This document shows positions 51,951 through 64,000 of a stretch of 64,000 nt of DNA, piece after piece; positions within the stretch are counted from its first letter, which is position 1; each line of letters starts with the position of its first letter. The notes beneath the pieces are model-generated. The model saw only the letters and a list, made by a program, of their open reading frames with translations. It had not been told where the DNA came from and did no database searches. The DNA comes from Octopus sinensis (Eukaryota). The translations under genes and the position numbers were made by a program. Where the stretch lies: NCBI RefSeq assembly GCF_006345805.1, contig NC_043005.1, positions 49,104,001 through 49,168,000 of the forward strand. The letters run 5' to 3'.

Positions 51951-54179
51951 AATTATGGTCAAGTTGATTAACCATACTCTAAACCAGTTCAATTTCAAAT
52001 ACAGCTGTTCAGCCAAACCATCAACAATACAGTACACTGAATGTAACAGTGCCGCAAATATAGTACCCTGTTGCTAATAATATTCACTTCAGACACTGAC
52101 CGGGCTAAAGAACTGGAGAGAGGACAGTCAGTTAAATAAATACTAGTAATTGATTGGTGGTTCATCAACCGCAGAAGTAAAGCTGACTTTGATGAGATCT
52201 AAACATCATCAAGGTTGGTCAGGTCAGAAACACAATCCACAGAAACTAAATATTTGGTTTAAAACTTCGGCACAAGGCCAGCAAGTCCGAGGAAGTGCAC
52301 AAGTCGATTACATTGGCCCCAATGTTCAGCTGGTACTTATTTTATTGACCCGAAAAGAGATGAAAGGCAAAGTGGACCTCGGTGGTATTTGAACTCAGAA
52401 AGTAAACGTGGATGAAATGCTAAGCATTTTGCTCAGCATGCGAACAATTCTGGCAGCTCACAATCTTAACAGAAATTAAATATATAGCCTGATTGATTTA
52501 AACTTGTCAGTTCCAGAATATCCTAGTTGATACGTGTTAATAAGTTGACAACTCACAAGAGAGTAAAACTCTACCAAGCATGCAATAATATTTTGCCTTT
52601 CATTTATTTTGTTGTTCAACTGTATTACAAAATGAACGTTTTTAGAGCAAATAATCACCTCAAGATTATACCTACTGTTGTCATATGATTATGATACCAA
52701 CCATCTTAGCTGAGGAGAAAAATGTATACATGACGTAGGAGTGGCTGTGTGGTAAGTAGCTTGCTTATGAACCACATGGTTCCGGGTTCAGTCCCACTGC
52801 ATGGCACCTTGGGCAAGTGTCTTCTACTATAGCCTCGGGCTGACCAAAGCCTTGTGAGTGGATTTGGTAGAGGGAAACTGAAAGAAGCTTGTCATATTGG
52901 AAGTCACTTGACCCTGTTATCTCCCCTACTGTCCCTCTCGCGTCTGACCACTGTCCGAAGTCAGGATGTCATGATAGATCGTTAGCTCCTACACACATTT
53001 TTTTCTCTCCTTGTTTTTCTCTGTGTATCTTTCTGTCGAAGAGCGTAGGCTCGAAACGTAAAAGACTTTTTCTATTTCTATTCCTGAGCACTATACTAAT
53101 ACATTTGTTTGTTTGTACTCCACCTGCCTTTATCTTCTGTTTATTTTCGTAAACTTTGCCTTTATATATATATATATATATATGTGTGATAAGACTGGAG
53201 CCTGGTGCAGCCTTCTGGCTTCCCAGATCCCTGGTCGAACCGTCCAACCCATGCTAGCATGGAGAACGGACGTTAAACGATGATGATGATGATGATGATG
53301 TGTGTGTGTATGTGTTTGTCCCCCCCCCAACATTGCTTGACAACCGATGCTGGTGTGTTTATGTCCCTGTAACTTAGCGGTTCGGCAAAAGAGACCGACA
53401 GAATAAGTAATAGGCTTACAAAGAATAAGTCCTGGGAGTCGATTTGCTCGACTAAAGGCAGTGCTCCAGCATGGCCAGAATCAAATGACTGAAACAAGTA
53501 AAAGAGTAAGAGATGTCAACTCTACAAGTCACTTGAAGACAATCCTATATCCTATATACTGAAGAAAAAAATTGAAACAAGGTTGAGGAGACTCTTTTAT
53601 CCTGTAACAGACAACTGATCTACTTGCCAGCTGCATGATAATAGCACCTGATCCATACTGTAGAGTAGTCAATGTTATAAAAAGTTGCTTGCCACAAAAA
53701 AACATTCAAGAAAAACTACGACACATACAAGTTATTTATAATTTTCTTTCTTACTGTTTGAGCCAGATGACAGAGTATTGTGACAACCCATGCTAGCATA
53801 GAAAAATTATGGTGATGATATAATCTGACACTTTGGTTATTTTCATAAATCTTTCCTTGTAAAAGCACAGCTTTAAACTGGTTGTTCTGATATTGAAGTG
53901 GTAAATAAAAGACTCATAATAAAACTAAGTTATCTTACTCAAAACACTCCTTGTTACATTTTACAGCATGTGAAATGGTTTAATTTTGAAACATTTCTTA
54001 GTTATCTGCAAGTGCCAAAAACATAAATCAAAGAATACTTCAAGAATAGCCAAAACAATATTGGTTGTGGAATCTGTTACATCAAAACCAATGCAAATTA
54101 GATACTTCTCAGATAATTTGAACAGAAAGTGAAAAATTTTTTTTTTTTTTTGAAGTTTTGTAAAAAAAAAAATATTTAC

Positions 54180-54324
54180 CTTTTGACAATACCATGAAAT
54201 TTTTCACATATATCAAAAACATCATCCTCTGTTTTGCCGGTTGCTGAATCTAGCAACAAAGCACCAATTGCTTCATATATATCATCAGCTGTATCAAAAT
54301 CATCAGCAGAATCTTCAATAATTC
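54180..54324 (-). CDS. ABCF3: ABCF3 exon 2 (GIIEDSADDFDTADDIYEAIGALLLD...HGIVK)
   Basis: ttttag acceptor, AG|GTAAAT donor; phases 1 to 2. Confidence 0.93.
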
Positions 54325-56548
54325 CTAAAAAAGAGAATAAATATACATCTTTAAGGATCTTTACTTTCACTGCACAACTGTGACATCTACCATAATAACT
54401 CAATTCTTTGTTAGATATCTTGCCAATTCTTTACTTCTTTCCATATATGATCCAACTCTTAACCCGCTAACATTCAGATCATTCTGTCAAATGTAATGCA
54501 TAATTATTCACATTATTTTGAATCAATCGGGCATTATCTCATAACTTTGAGACATCAATGATGTAGTTGTATATTTTTAGAATAACATTATAGTGTGAGA
54601 GAGGCCAGATCTGGCCAGATTGCACATAAAACAGGATTTGGCCAGTTTAGATTACTAAAGGGTTAAGAAATCTAATTTTTGACAATATTAGTGTTCTGGT
54701 TCAATTTTCTCTCTCATTCTGATTTAAAAAGGACTTTTGATTTTGAATCCATATGCTCAAAGCAATATGAATTAATAGTATGTTCCATGCGTGTCTTTTG
54801 ATTATTGAAAATGTTCATTTTAATAAATGGCTAAATAGGATATAAAAGTAAATATATCAAGTTTATAAGTAAGAAAATGAATAGAATATGGCAAGCCAAT
54901 GGCTAAAAAACCTGAAGAAATGAAAGAAATTATTTTTTAAAGTTACCCACTTAATTAGTTCATTACATTTCACAATTTCACTTGAAACCACTTTCACTGT
55001 TTAGTACACGTCAATATCTTTTGGGTTTCATACGCATATGACAATAAATATTTTTTTTTTTTAATTCGGAAGTTTCATAGCTATTTAAAAAGATAATCTA
55101 ATATTTTATGCTTCTTAGTTTTGGTTCTTTTATTTGATTCGGAGTGTAATAAATGGCCTAACAGAGTCCCAACTGAGGTTTTGATAAGCATTGAATGTGT
55201 TCGCAAAGGCTAAACTCTTTATGAATACCAATACCAGCCATTCACAATACAACAATTTTCCGACAAAGCCTACCAACCCAATTAAGTCACTCAGATGATG
55301 GCATCGCAGGTGTCAAAAGATCAGCTAACATTTTTTTTTCTTAGAATAGGAAATATATAATGTACTCTCTTCCTATACTAAATTATAAGAGAATACGATC
55401 AGTTCAATATTGAACTACTTTCCAGTTTGTTTAACGATTTATGTATTTTTATGTTGTATAAACATCTAATTATACACAAACAGAGATCCAGACAAACTTA
55501 AGCCCTTTCAGCTGGTCAAAACCCCTCTCGAAAGGAAGTGAAATACACGTTCATTGTTTTTACCAACCGGCATGACGCCGTCAAACAACTAGGAACGGTT
55601 ATCATTGTCAGACTTTTCAATTCTATCGTATTATCATAACACATTCATAAAAAGAGAGAAAAATCTCTTAGTTTAAGATACTTAACTTGAGAAGTGTCAT
55701 CAAATATAAGAGAGACAGGATGTGTAGTTAAAGAACAACGATAATTTATACGGTCTAAGAATTACGAATTGATTGGCAGTCTTGATAAGTGTTGAATGAT
55801 ATAATGAGTGGAAGTGATAGAAAGCACCTAACGTAAGAATGGTATGGAATAAGATAGATATACTGTCAAGCACAAGCAAGTGATAGTAGTTCATGAACCA
55901 AGCACAATAGAAGCAATTATGGATAGAGTTTTCGGAAGAACGGAAAATCATCCACCAGAGACATATGAATACTCTCACATGATTACACATACATTTTTAA
56001 GCACAAACAAATAAAAAAAAATCTTTCGTCAGCGTATTAGTGTCGAATTAAAAAGAGTTCTAATTAAAGAAATAAATTAAGAACACGTGGCGGCTCAATA
56101 AAAAAAATAAGTTGTAGAAACTTGTGATAAGTAAACAATGGTTGATTTGTAAAGTGTTCGTATTACTAGATTTTTTTCAGTGTTCGTTAGTTATACAACC
56201 TTGCATAATATTATAAATATTGCTTAAAGTATCAGTAAAATATGGTTGATTACCGAACGAAACTCAGAGAAAACAGTATCCGGATTAAGATAAATAAAAC
56301 GAAATACATTGAATTTTAAGTCGTGGGAAATTAGACAAGTATTGTAAAGCCAAATGTGTAGGGTACATTCGATGCAACAAGATAGAATAGAAATCAATAT
56401 CAAAACTTCTGAGAACCAAATGACAGATGTGCGGGGATTTCAAAACTGAAATAAATACAACTTTAGCACCATCTCTATTTGTTTCTGTTTTCAAAACGAT
56501 TGTATAGTACATCAATTTTTAACCTGGGAATTATACCAATACACTCAC

Positions 56549-56630
56549 CGGTGACATAATTCGATATTTGAGGGTCAATATCTGGGAATAAAGACCCGAG
56601 AAGCTCAACACAACTAGTCGGGGCGGCCAT
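56549..56630 (-). CDS. ABCF3: ABCF3 coding exon 1 (MAAPTSCVELLGSLFPDIDPQISNYVT)
   Basis: ATG in aaaATGG context; donor G|GTGAGT; phase 1. Not in the ORF track. Confidence 0.93.
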
Positions 56631-56900
56631 TTTAGAACTTTTTGTATTCTCATTAGTCGGTCTGCATTACTTGCCCTTGTCTTTCACATACTCTCAGCTG
56701 ATGCTGTCAGCTCGGAGATGATGTCTCAGCCAAAATAACGACCCATTTAGGAATAGCAGAGCCTAGTTTGAAAAATAAAATTTTTCACAACCATCGGAGA
56801 GCTTCACGCTCCTCACGAACGCGAGTTCATGAGATAGTTGTGATCTGTAAACAGTTTTGAGTAGAAACCGGAAAGAGAGGTATGAACACGCAACACGCAG
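56631..56900. promoter_or_regulatory. CpG-enriched ABCF3 5' UTR/promoter, possibly bidirectional
   Basis: Local cluster of CpGs just upstream of the ATG; ETS-like ACCGGAAA near 56867; plus-strand donor-like GAG|GTATGA at 56879/56880. Confidence 0.6.
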
Positions 56901-58334
56901 CTATTTAAAAAAAAATGCATCAAATTTTCTAAATGTGTGAGATTTTTTTAACCATAAACCTGATTTTTCAGTATTACATTTCCTTTTTTTTACTTTCATT
57001 TTCTTTCAAAACACATGAGCAGAAAGAAGTGAACATTCACATTAATCTAATGTACATCACAAAAAGTAGAAATACCCAGTTAATAGTTTAACAAATACCA
57101 AATAACAAAGATTTGCAGTGTTTCTATATGAATAAATGAAATGACAACTCAATTTTCACTTTTCTCAGTTTTAAGGTATCTATACTACCTTCTAGATTTA
57201 CCCAGTTTTAAACAAGTATATATTAAAAAAATGACAACAAAAGATTTAGAAAATTCCTTCAGAAGAGACAGCAATCAGAGGAAAAGGTGTAGTTTCAAAT
57301 CCAGTGGAAAACAATATTGCCAGTTAATGGAGTAAATTCAAATGACACTTTCTGGTCCAAATTCATTCTTACCTTATTGTCAAGATTCTATGGTTCAATG
57401 AAGACTTCAGAAAATTATATTTCCATGCAGACTGCTTTAACTCTGCTTTCATAAATACATAAGTATCTATATCTTGGGACGGTCATTTTGCCAGTAAACA
57501 CATGCACTATCTTTTTGATCTTCTCTTTAGTTTTGTTATTATTATTTTATCTGTCACACTTCTTTCATTACACATTCTGTGACCTCTTCAATGACTATTT
57601 GTTTTTTGTGTCACCTCTTCTCTCTGGTCTTGTCCTGTCTATTCCATCTTGTCTTTCTCAAGAACAGATTGTGTTGACCAAAATTGGAGAAAATATCATA
57701 ATGTAAGGATTTTAACAGAAAATTTATCATGAAAAATACATCATGCACAACTATGTTTTCTTATCTCTTCCATTCCATGTTCTGTTTTGATGTTTTAGAA
57801 CAATTTGATATGTTTCAAGAAATACATTTAATGGATATTTAAAAGTAAAAATTAAAAACTATCTTTTAAATTTATTTGCCAGCAATTTATAAAGATAAGT
57901 ATTTTTCATCTGAAATTTCTTAATTTTTTAAAATTGTAATTTTCATTGAATTTTTACAAGTAATTAACAAATAATAATTAATTGTAAGTTATTCAGACAT
58001 TAAAAAAAAAAAGAAAGAATCTTCTTTTATAAAACTGATATTCCTTTTATAAGCATCATCATCAACATCTCACCACCATCATTTTATGTACGTTTTCTGT
58101 GTAGGCATGGTTTGAAAAGCTCTGTTCCCGCTGAGTGTCTCTCACTTACCATGGTCTCTCATCTGGCATGCAAAGCAACAAAGAAAATTTTTCTGTTATA
58201 CATGTCAAGTTTTCGGGTGTTTTTTTTTTTATGACTGATTACTCCTCTTGCCAGCTACAATTTTACAGCATAGGCTGGGTCCATTTTATCATACCAACAA
58301 CACAAGGAAGGTTTTTCCATAGCTTGAACCACCT

Positions 58335-58510
58335 GCACAAACCAGGTGTAGATGAAAGGCTTGTGCAGATAATTTAAGCTATGTACAAGGATGCTGTAAG
58401 TAAAGCTAGAGTTGGCAATGACTTCAGTGATGAATCCAGTGTGGAGTTAAGAGACCGTCAAGTTTCAGTCCTCAGCCTTCTCCTATTGATCATAGTCCTC
58501 TAAAGCTCTC
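58335..58510 (+). mobile_element. RT fragment of the same RTE family
   Basis: KPGVDERLVQII*AMYKDAVSKARVGNDFS versus KLGIDEWLVRAVRAMYRDAASKVRVGNEYS. Confidence 0.8.
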
Positions 58511-58779
58511 TTTTTCCATGCTCCTAGTTACACCATAATATATAGTTTCCAAGCTTGAAAACTCCAATGATCATTCCAGCTCTACAAGAAAACAGATCTC
58601 AACAATGTCTCTTCTATTACCCTCAAATTGTACACTCTAAAAAACTAGCCTCTATTTTTGCCAAATGTTTTATTTTCTCTCTCTGTTCCAATCTTTGAAA
58701 CTTACTCTTGTATTTATCTCCAAGTTCACTTTATTTATACAAATTCACTTCCAATATCTCAAAAGTAATGGCAACTGTT

Positions 58780-59460
58780 GTCAGTAATCACCTCCTCCAA
58801 TGGCTTCAGTGCTTGTTATTATCTCTGTAATCATCAGATACTTTCTACAGAGCTCTTTCTCTCAGATTGTAAGAAATTGCAGATAACACTACTTTTCAAA
58901 AAAAATCATGGCTGTGTGCCAGAGCTTGTGTTTCAGATAGTGATTTGCTTGCCCAATTCTTGCAGTTATCTGACCAACATTTTTTCTGCCCACTTCTTTT
59001 CTCTTCCACAATTCCTTGGAAAATGGACTTTGCAAGGTTACTGGGTTTTGCTACAGACCATATCATCTCAGTTTTCTTTACCATTGTGAGGTCTCCTTGG
59101 GACCATATATTACATTGCCAAAACTTGGATTCCTCTTTAGATACCAGGAATTACTCCAGTCTAGTTAGTCACAAACTTTAGACAAAGCCCAAGTAAGACC
59201 AGTCTTGGAGTTCTTACAACCATATGATGGTGAGACTAACATTGTAGACTAAAAACAAAGGCCATTCAGCAAGTTGGCAAAGACTCAATCACTGACAAGC
59301 TTCAATTACAAGCTCACAGATATATTGTCTTCTCTTTGTCACCTCGTCTGTTTTACTTACACAGTTCTACAGAAGTTCAGACTGAATATTAACCACTTCA
59401 ATCTCACCAGAATCAGAGAGCCTGCAAAGGTTATGGCCACTGTTTCTCCTTTATGAAGAG
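58780..59460 (-). mobile_element. Decayed LINE C-terminal fragment, a different RTE-like family
   Basis: VKKTEMIWSVAKPSNLAKSIFQGIVEEKRSGQKKCWSDN resembles the recalled RTE-type C-terminus (LAKTILQGTV...RQKKRWEDN). Confidence 0.65.
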
Positions 59461-60789
59461 TTGACAAAGGGTTATAACTTGTGGTGAAAAACAAGGGTTG
59501 GTAAACAAGATGAGCATTTGGCCACAGAATACTGCCTCAATAAGTCTCATCAAACCTAAAACAACACTGGAAAACTAAGTATAAAAATGACAATAATGAT
59601 AATGACATTCCATATCCTCTTCAGACTGCTGAAATCATCATCATCATTATCAACAGTGCTAGTGGATATTAGTATAACTTTGAAAATAATGTCAGTAGCT
59701 TAGAATAATTTCCCATATGGATAACCAAGAGCAGAAGAAAAAAAGAAAACCATAAAGATTCTGTCATGTTTATTTATAGAAAATTATTTTAAAAACTGTA
59801 TCCCATGCTCTTGAGTGTATGGAACTGATTGGGGATTTTCTGGTTAAGAATCACTCTAAGAAACTTTGTATCATACCATGGGTTTTCCTCTGCTTCAATG
59901 GAAACACATTTATTGAATTTATGATTTTTTTTTTTATTTTCCAATCTAATCAAAGTATAAGTAATGATATTATCAAAGTATGAATGGTAGAAAATTTGGT
60001 TTCAGTAGTAAAACTTTTCAATATTGTTCATATCAACAGAATCCATTTGGACAAACACATATAAATTCAGAAAAGAACACTTCAGTTTGGATTGGTATGT
60101 ATAAAGTGAAGGGGAAATAGGTCATATCTGTTAGAATATGGATATTTAAGCTGGTTTTTAATTAGTCAATATAACAAAAGATTCCCTAAGGTATACCAGT
60201 TCGACTAATCAGAACAGGTGTTAATCACAACTTTAATCTGACTTCAACTCTATACTAGTGATATATTTACAGAATATTCTAAAATTGAAAAATAATAGTA
60301 AGAGAATTTTCTTATAAAATTGAGTCAGTAACTGGTCTGAACACTGCTGCAGATCGTGATATAAACGAGCTGTGAATATCTTTTACTTTTCAGACAATGT
60401 ATTGAGGACCACATTATCCAGAGACTCTTTCCTTTTTTAAAGATGGGTATTTGTCTGCTATTTCTAGTCAACTGAGTAACTACCAAGCAGTTTTACCACT
60501 GGCCTGAAGTAATATCAGTTTCTTATCTGGGTACAAAAGCCAATTTAGGTCGATGTGAGATATTCTACATCACCAGTAGACATGATATTGGCTTGCAGCA
60601 GATTTAGAATTTTCAAGAGTAGAATGAAACTAAATATAGAAATTACTTTAGTTTGTTGCTTTGTTCTCTTAAGCACATTTAATACCCATTTTAATAAAGT
60701 AATAGCAATGTTATTACAGAATCTGCAATAAGCTGTTATTTCATAATCATCAAGATGAGATCAATAGAGCGACCGGAGATGCCAAGATA

Positions 60790-61355
60790 TTGGGTTGTCC
60801 GGAAAGTTTGTGCCGATTTATAGTAGCTTACCTTTCGACTTATTTTAGAACATGGTTGAGTCCATAAAATAGGATTTGACTACACCTCCGTTTAGAGCAA
60901 AGTTTAAGCTATCTTTTCAGGGAAGGAGGTTTATGTTCCTATAACCTGTGTTAATTTTGTAACCCTTTAAAATGGAAGATAAGAAAGTTCATTTTTGGCA
61001 CTTGATGTTTGGGAACCAGGCAAAAATTGCTGCAGCTCGGCTGGGATGTGTTACCCCACCCTCCGTATTCACCAGATATTGCTCCTTCAGATTTCCACTT
61101 ATTCAGGTCGCTGCAGAATAGTGTTAATGGTAAAAATTTCAATTCCATGGATGATGTAAAAAGATACCTTGATGAATTCTTTGTCATGAAACCACCTCAA
61201 TTCAGGGAAGAGGGTATTTTCAAGTTAAAGGAAAGATGGAGACGCATTGTGCAACAAAATGGTTCATATTTGGTTGATTAAAAATGTAATGGCAAGTATT
61301 TATTGACCTTTTTTCTTTCCTTTAAAAATCGGCATGAACTTTCCGGACAACCCAA
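60790..61355 (+). mobile_element. Internally deleted mariner with intact 30-bp TIRs and TA TSD
   Basis: TIRs 60790-60819 and 61326-61355 match at 28/30; TA on both sides; C-terminal WDVLPHPPYSPDIAPSDFHLFRSL...WRRIVQQNGSYLVD*. Confidence 0.95.
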
Positions 61356-62413
61356 TAGTATTTAAATGGGTATGAGGTAAGAAGTTTGCTTCGCAACTAT
61401 TTGGGTCCAGGCTCAGTCCCACTGCATAGCATCTTGGGCAAGTGTCTTCTGCTATAGTTCCAGGCCAACTAAAGCCTTATGGGAGTGGATTTAGTAGAGA
61501 GAAACTGAAAGATGTGTGTGTCATTGTAGCTAATGCTTGTCCTCCACCACCACCACCTGACAACCAGTGTTAGTGTGTACACATTCCTGTAACTTAGCAG
61601 TTTGGCAAAAGAGACCAATAAGTACCAGACTTCAAAAAAATAATAATAATAATAATAAGCACTGAGATTGATTCGTTCAACTAAAGTTCTTCCAGGCAGT
61701 GCCCCATCATGGCCACAGTCTAATGACTGAAACAAATAAAAGATAATGGAAATAAAGCCTTGGGCAGTCAGCACTCCTATTCTTGGACAGAGAGCAAGTA
61801 TTTTGCAAGGTAAACTTCAACTGCTGTTGGTCTTCATTTTCAGCCGAATGGAAGGAGTAAACTGGAGTGTCTCACCCAAAGACACAACATACAGCTGAGA
61901 TTGGAATGAAACTTAATACCAGACAATCTGAAGCCCAACACCTGAACCATTAGGCACACACACACATAACAAAAGTGAAAACAAATGCTGAAGTAGAATA
62001 TTTTTATACACATACAGGCGCAGGTGTGACTGTGTGGTAAGAAGACATGATATTGCTTCCCAACCACATGGTTCTGGGTTCAATCCCACTGCATGGCACC
62101 TTGGGCAAGTGTCTTCTACTATGACCTTGGGCCAACCAAAGCTTTGTGAGTGGATTTCATAGACGGAAACTGAAAGAAGCCCATTGTGTGAGTGTGTGTG
62201 CATGTATCTTTTTCTTGTTTCCCCACCACTGCTTGACAACCAGTGTTGGTGTTTTTACTTTCCTGTAACTTAGTGGTTTGGCAAAAGATATCAATAAAAT
62301 AAGTATCAGGCTTAAAAAAAGGTACTGGGGTTGATTCATTCAACTAAAATTCTTCAAGGTGGCGCCACAGTCTAATGACAAACAAATAAAAGATAATTTT
62401 TATATATATTAGT

Positions 62414-62985
62414 GACAGAGGCAGTCTTAATACCAAAGGGTAATATTTATTCCCGCTATAGATGTTCCTTTAGAACAGACTGTGGTAGATAACATGAGAG
62501 AAACCCTTATTTAGGCTTTTGGTGCAAAATGCCCGCTTGTTTTATATTGCTAGCAGGGAGATAAATCCCTCCCCTGCTCCTGTACTGAGACCACCAGATC
62601 ACATGATTTCAACCTTCCTTAATCTCATTAGTGATGGATGCTTGACTGCTAGAGATAACAGCAATTCACCTCCTCCCCACCAATGATATATAGAAAATCA
62701 GTGCTCGAACAGGCACTGGTGTCATAATTAGCCAGTGAGCTTGTTAAGAAATAAATATTAACGACAGAGGTAGTATAATACCAAGAGGTAATATTTATGC
62801 CCGCTTAAAAGTGGATGTTCTGTTAGAACAAACTTTACTGTAGCAGATACTCTGAAACTCCCATATAGGCTTTTGGTATAAAATGCACTCGTTTATATTG
62901 CCAGCAGGGAGATAAATCCCCACCAGCTTCAGTGCGGGGATCATCAGGTCACGGGATTTTGACCTTCTTTGGTCTCATCTGTATT
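62414..62985 (+). repeat. Partial tandem duplication (period about 349 bp) of an unclassified interspersed repeat
   Basis: Units start at 62414 and 62763. Homologous dispersed copies at about 38735-39000(-) and 34160-34280(+). Confidence 0.8.
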
Positions 62986-64000
62986 AAAAATAAACACCAA
63001 AATTTCTTTATATTTAAATTTACTGCTCGCTACTAACTACTACGAGTTACTCCCGCTGTTTGCCCGCACTTTGTCCAGGCTTCTGAAAGCTTGATTTAAG
63101 ACAGAGATCAGCTGAAATGCGTTTGATAATGGGCCTGGTTGATATCACTGATTGGAACTAACCAACAATGCTATACTAAGTCAAATGCAATGAGTAGTTT
63201 AAATCTTTAGGACTTAAACTGTCAATGTCAAGCCCAATTATTACCACTTGTATTATGTCAAACTGGTCACATTCAGCTTCTCACACCTACAATATCATTC
63301 TAAAAATAAATAATCAGGTTAAAATCTAAAAGCCATAAGACAATGCATGATTAATTCAAAACAATGTAAATAAGTATTACATTTGATAAAGTAATTGGAA
63401 CGCTAATGGGTTACACAACTGTACTCAACCACTGTTATTCTGTGTTAACTAATCTTTTTTTCACTTCAATCTTTTTTATTTTTTACCATATGTTCTTATT
63501 TTTGATATTTATCTTATCTACCCTATATTTTTTTTATGACCATTAAATTCACTGCAAACATTTTTGCAGTGGGAAAATTTTCCATAAGAAATGTCACCAT
63601 AAAGGAGGCATACAAGCAGACTATAAACTAGATAACTTATTTTGAAAAAATTACCTTTCTCTAATTGATAGGTTAGTTCATGAAGTTGCCATTTTAAGAA
63701 AACAGCTAACCCCGCCCCACTTTTTCAAAGTGAATTTTCTAATGGCAAAAATGTTGTTGCCTTACTGGCACTTGAAAAAACATTTGAGCGAGGTCGTTGC
63801 CAGTGCCACTAGACTGGCTCCTGTGCAGGTGGCATGTAAAAAACACCATTTGAGCGTGGCCGTTGCCAGTACCACCTGACTGACTCCTGTGCCGGTGGCA
63901 CATAAAAGTACCCACTACACTCTCGGAGTGGTTGGTGTTAGGAAGGGCATCCAGCTGTAGAAACTCTGCCAGATCAAGATCGGAACCTGGTGCAGCCATC

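Larger units (their letters stand above)
12204..56630 (-). other. ABCF3: Gene span: ATP-binding cassette sub-family F member 3 (GCN20-like), 19 coding exons, 714 aa
   Basis: The exons join in frame (82+145+133+101+123+105+165+147+57+23+56+201+77+45+130+181+133+88+153=2145 nt). Two ABC domains: GRNGLGKTT/FSGGW/LLLLDEPTN and GENGAGKTT/LSGGQ/FILDEPTN. N-terminus MAAPTSCVELLGSLFPDIDPQISNYVTG parallels recalled human ABCF3 MATCAEILRSEFPEIDGQVFDYVTG. Confidence 0.96.

Noticed and set aside
55700-55990. 96-aa hydrophobic ORF in ABCF3 intron 1
   Set aside because: Starts at a non-ATG codon or weak context, no family motif; consistent with chance.

Overview
AT-rich, repeat-dense eukaryotic DNA. The SINE/LINE families and the (TA)n/(TG)n/(GAT)n content point to a coleoid cephalopod, probably Octopus (inference). 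One complete protein-coding gene reconstructed by hand: ABCF3 on the minus strand, ATG 56630 to TGA 12204, 19 coding exons, 2145 nt, 714 aa, with every splice phase consistent. It includes one GC-AG intron and a 23-nt microexon that splits the Walker B Glu codon. The introns and flanks hold a near full-length RTE-clade LINE (about 45716-49760) with a C4HC3 PHD finger inside its RT region and a possible 117-nt intron at its 5' end. They also hold many truncated copies of that LINE's 3' end, several tRNA-derived SINE families, TTAA-flanked piggyBac-type MITEs, mariner/Tc1 relics, CR1-type 3' fragments, a non-autonomous Helitron and a ~230-bp palindrome. A CpG-rich promoter at 56.6-56.9 kb may also drive a divergent plus-strand gene (weak support). 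No CRISPR array, rRNA or true tRNA gene was found. Family names and homologies come from recall, not from database searches.
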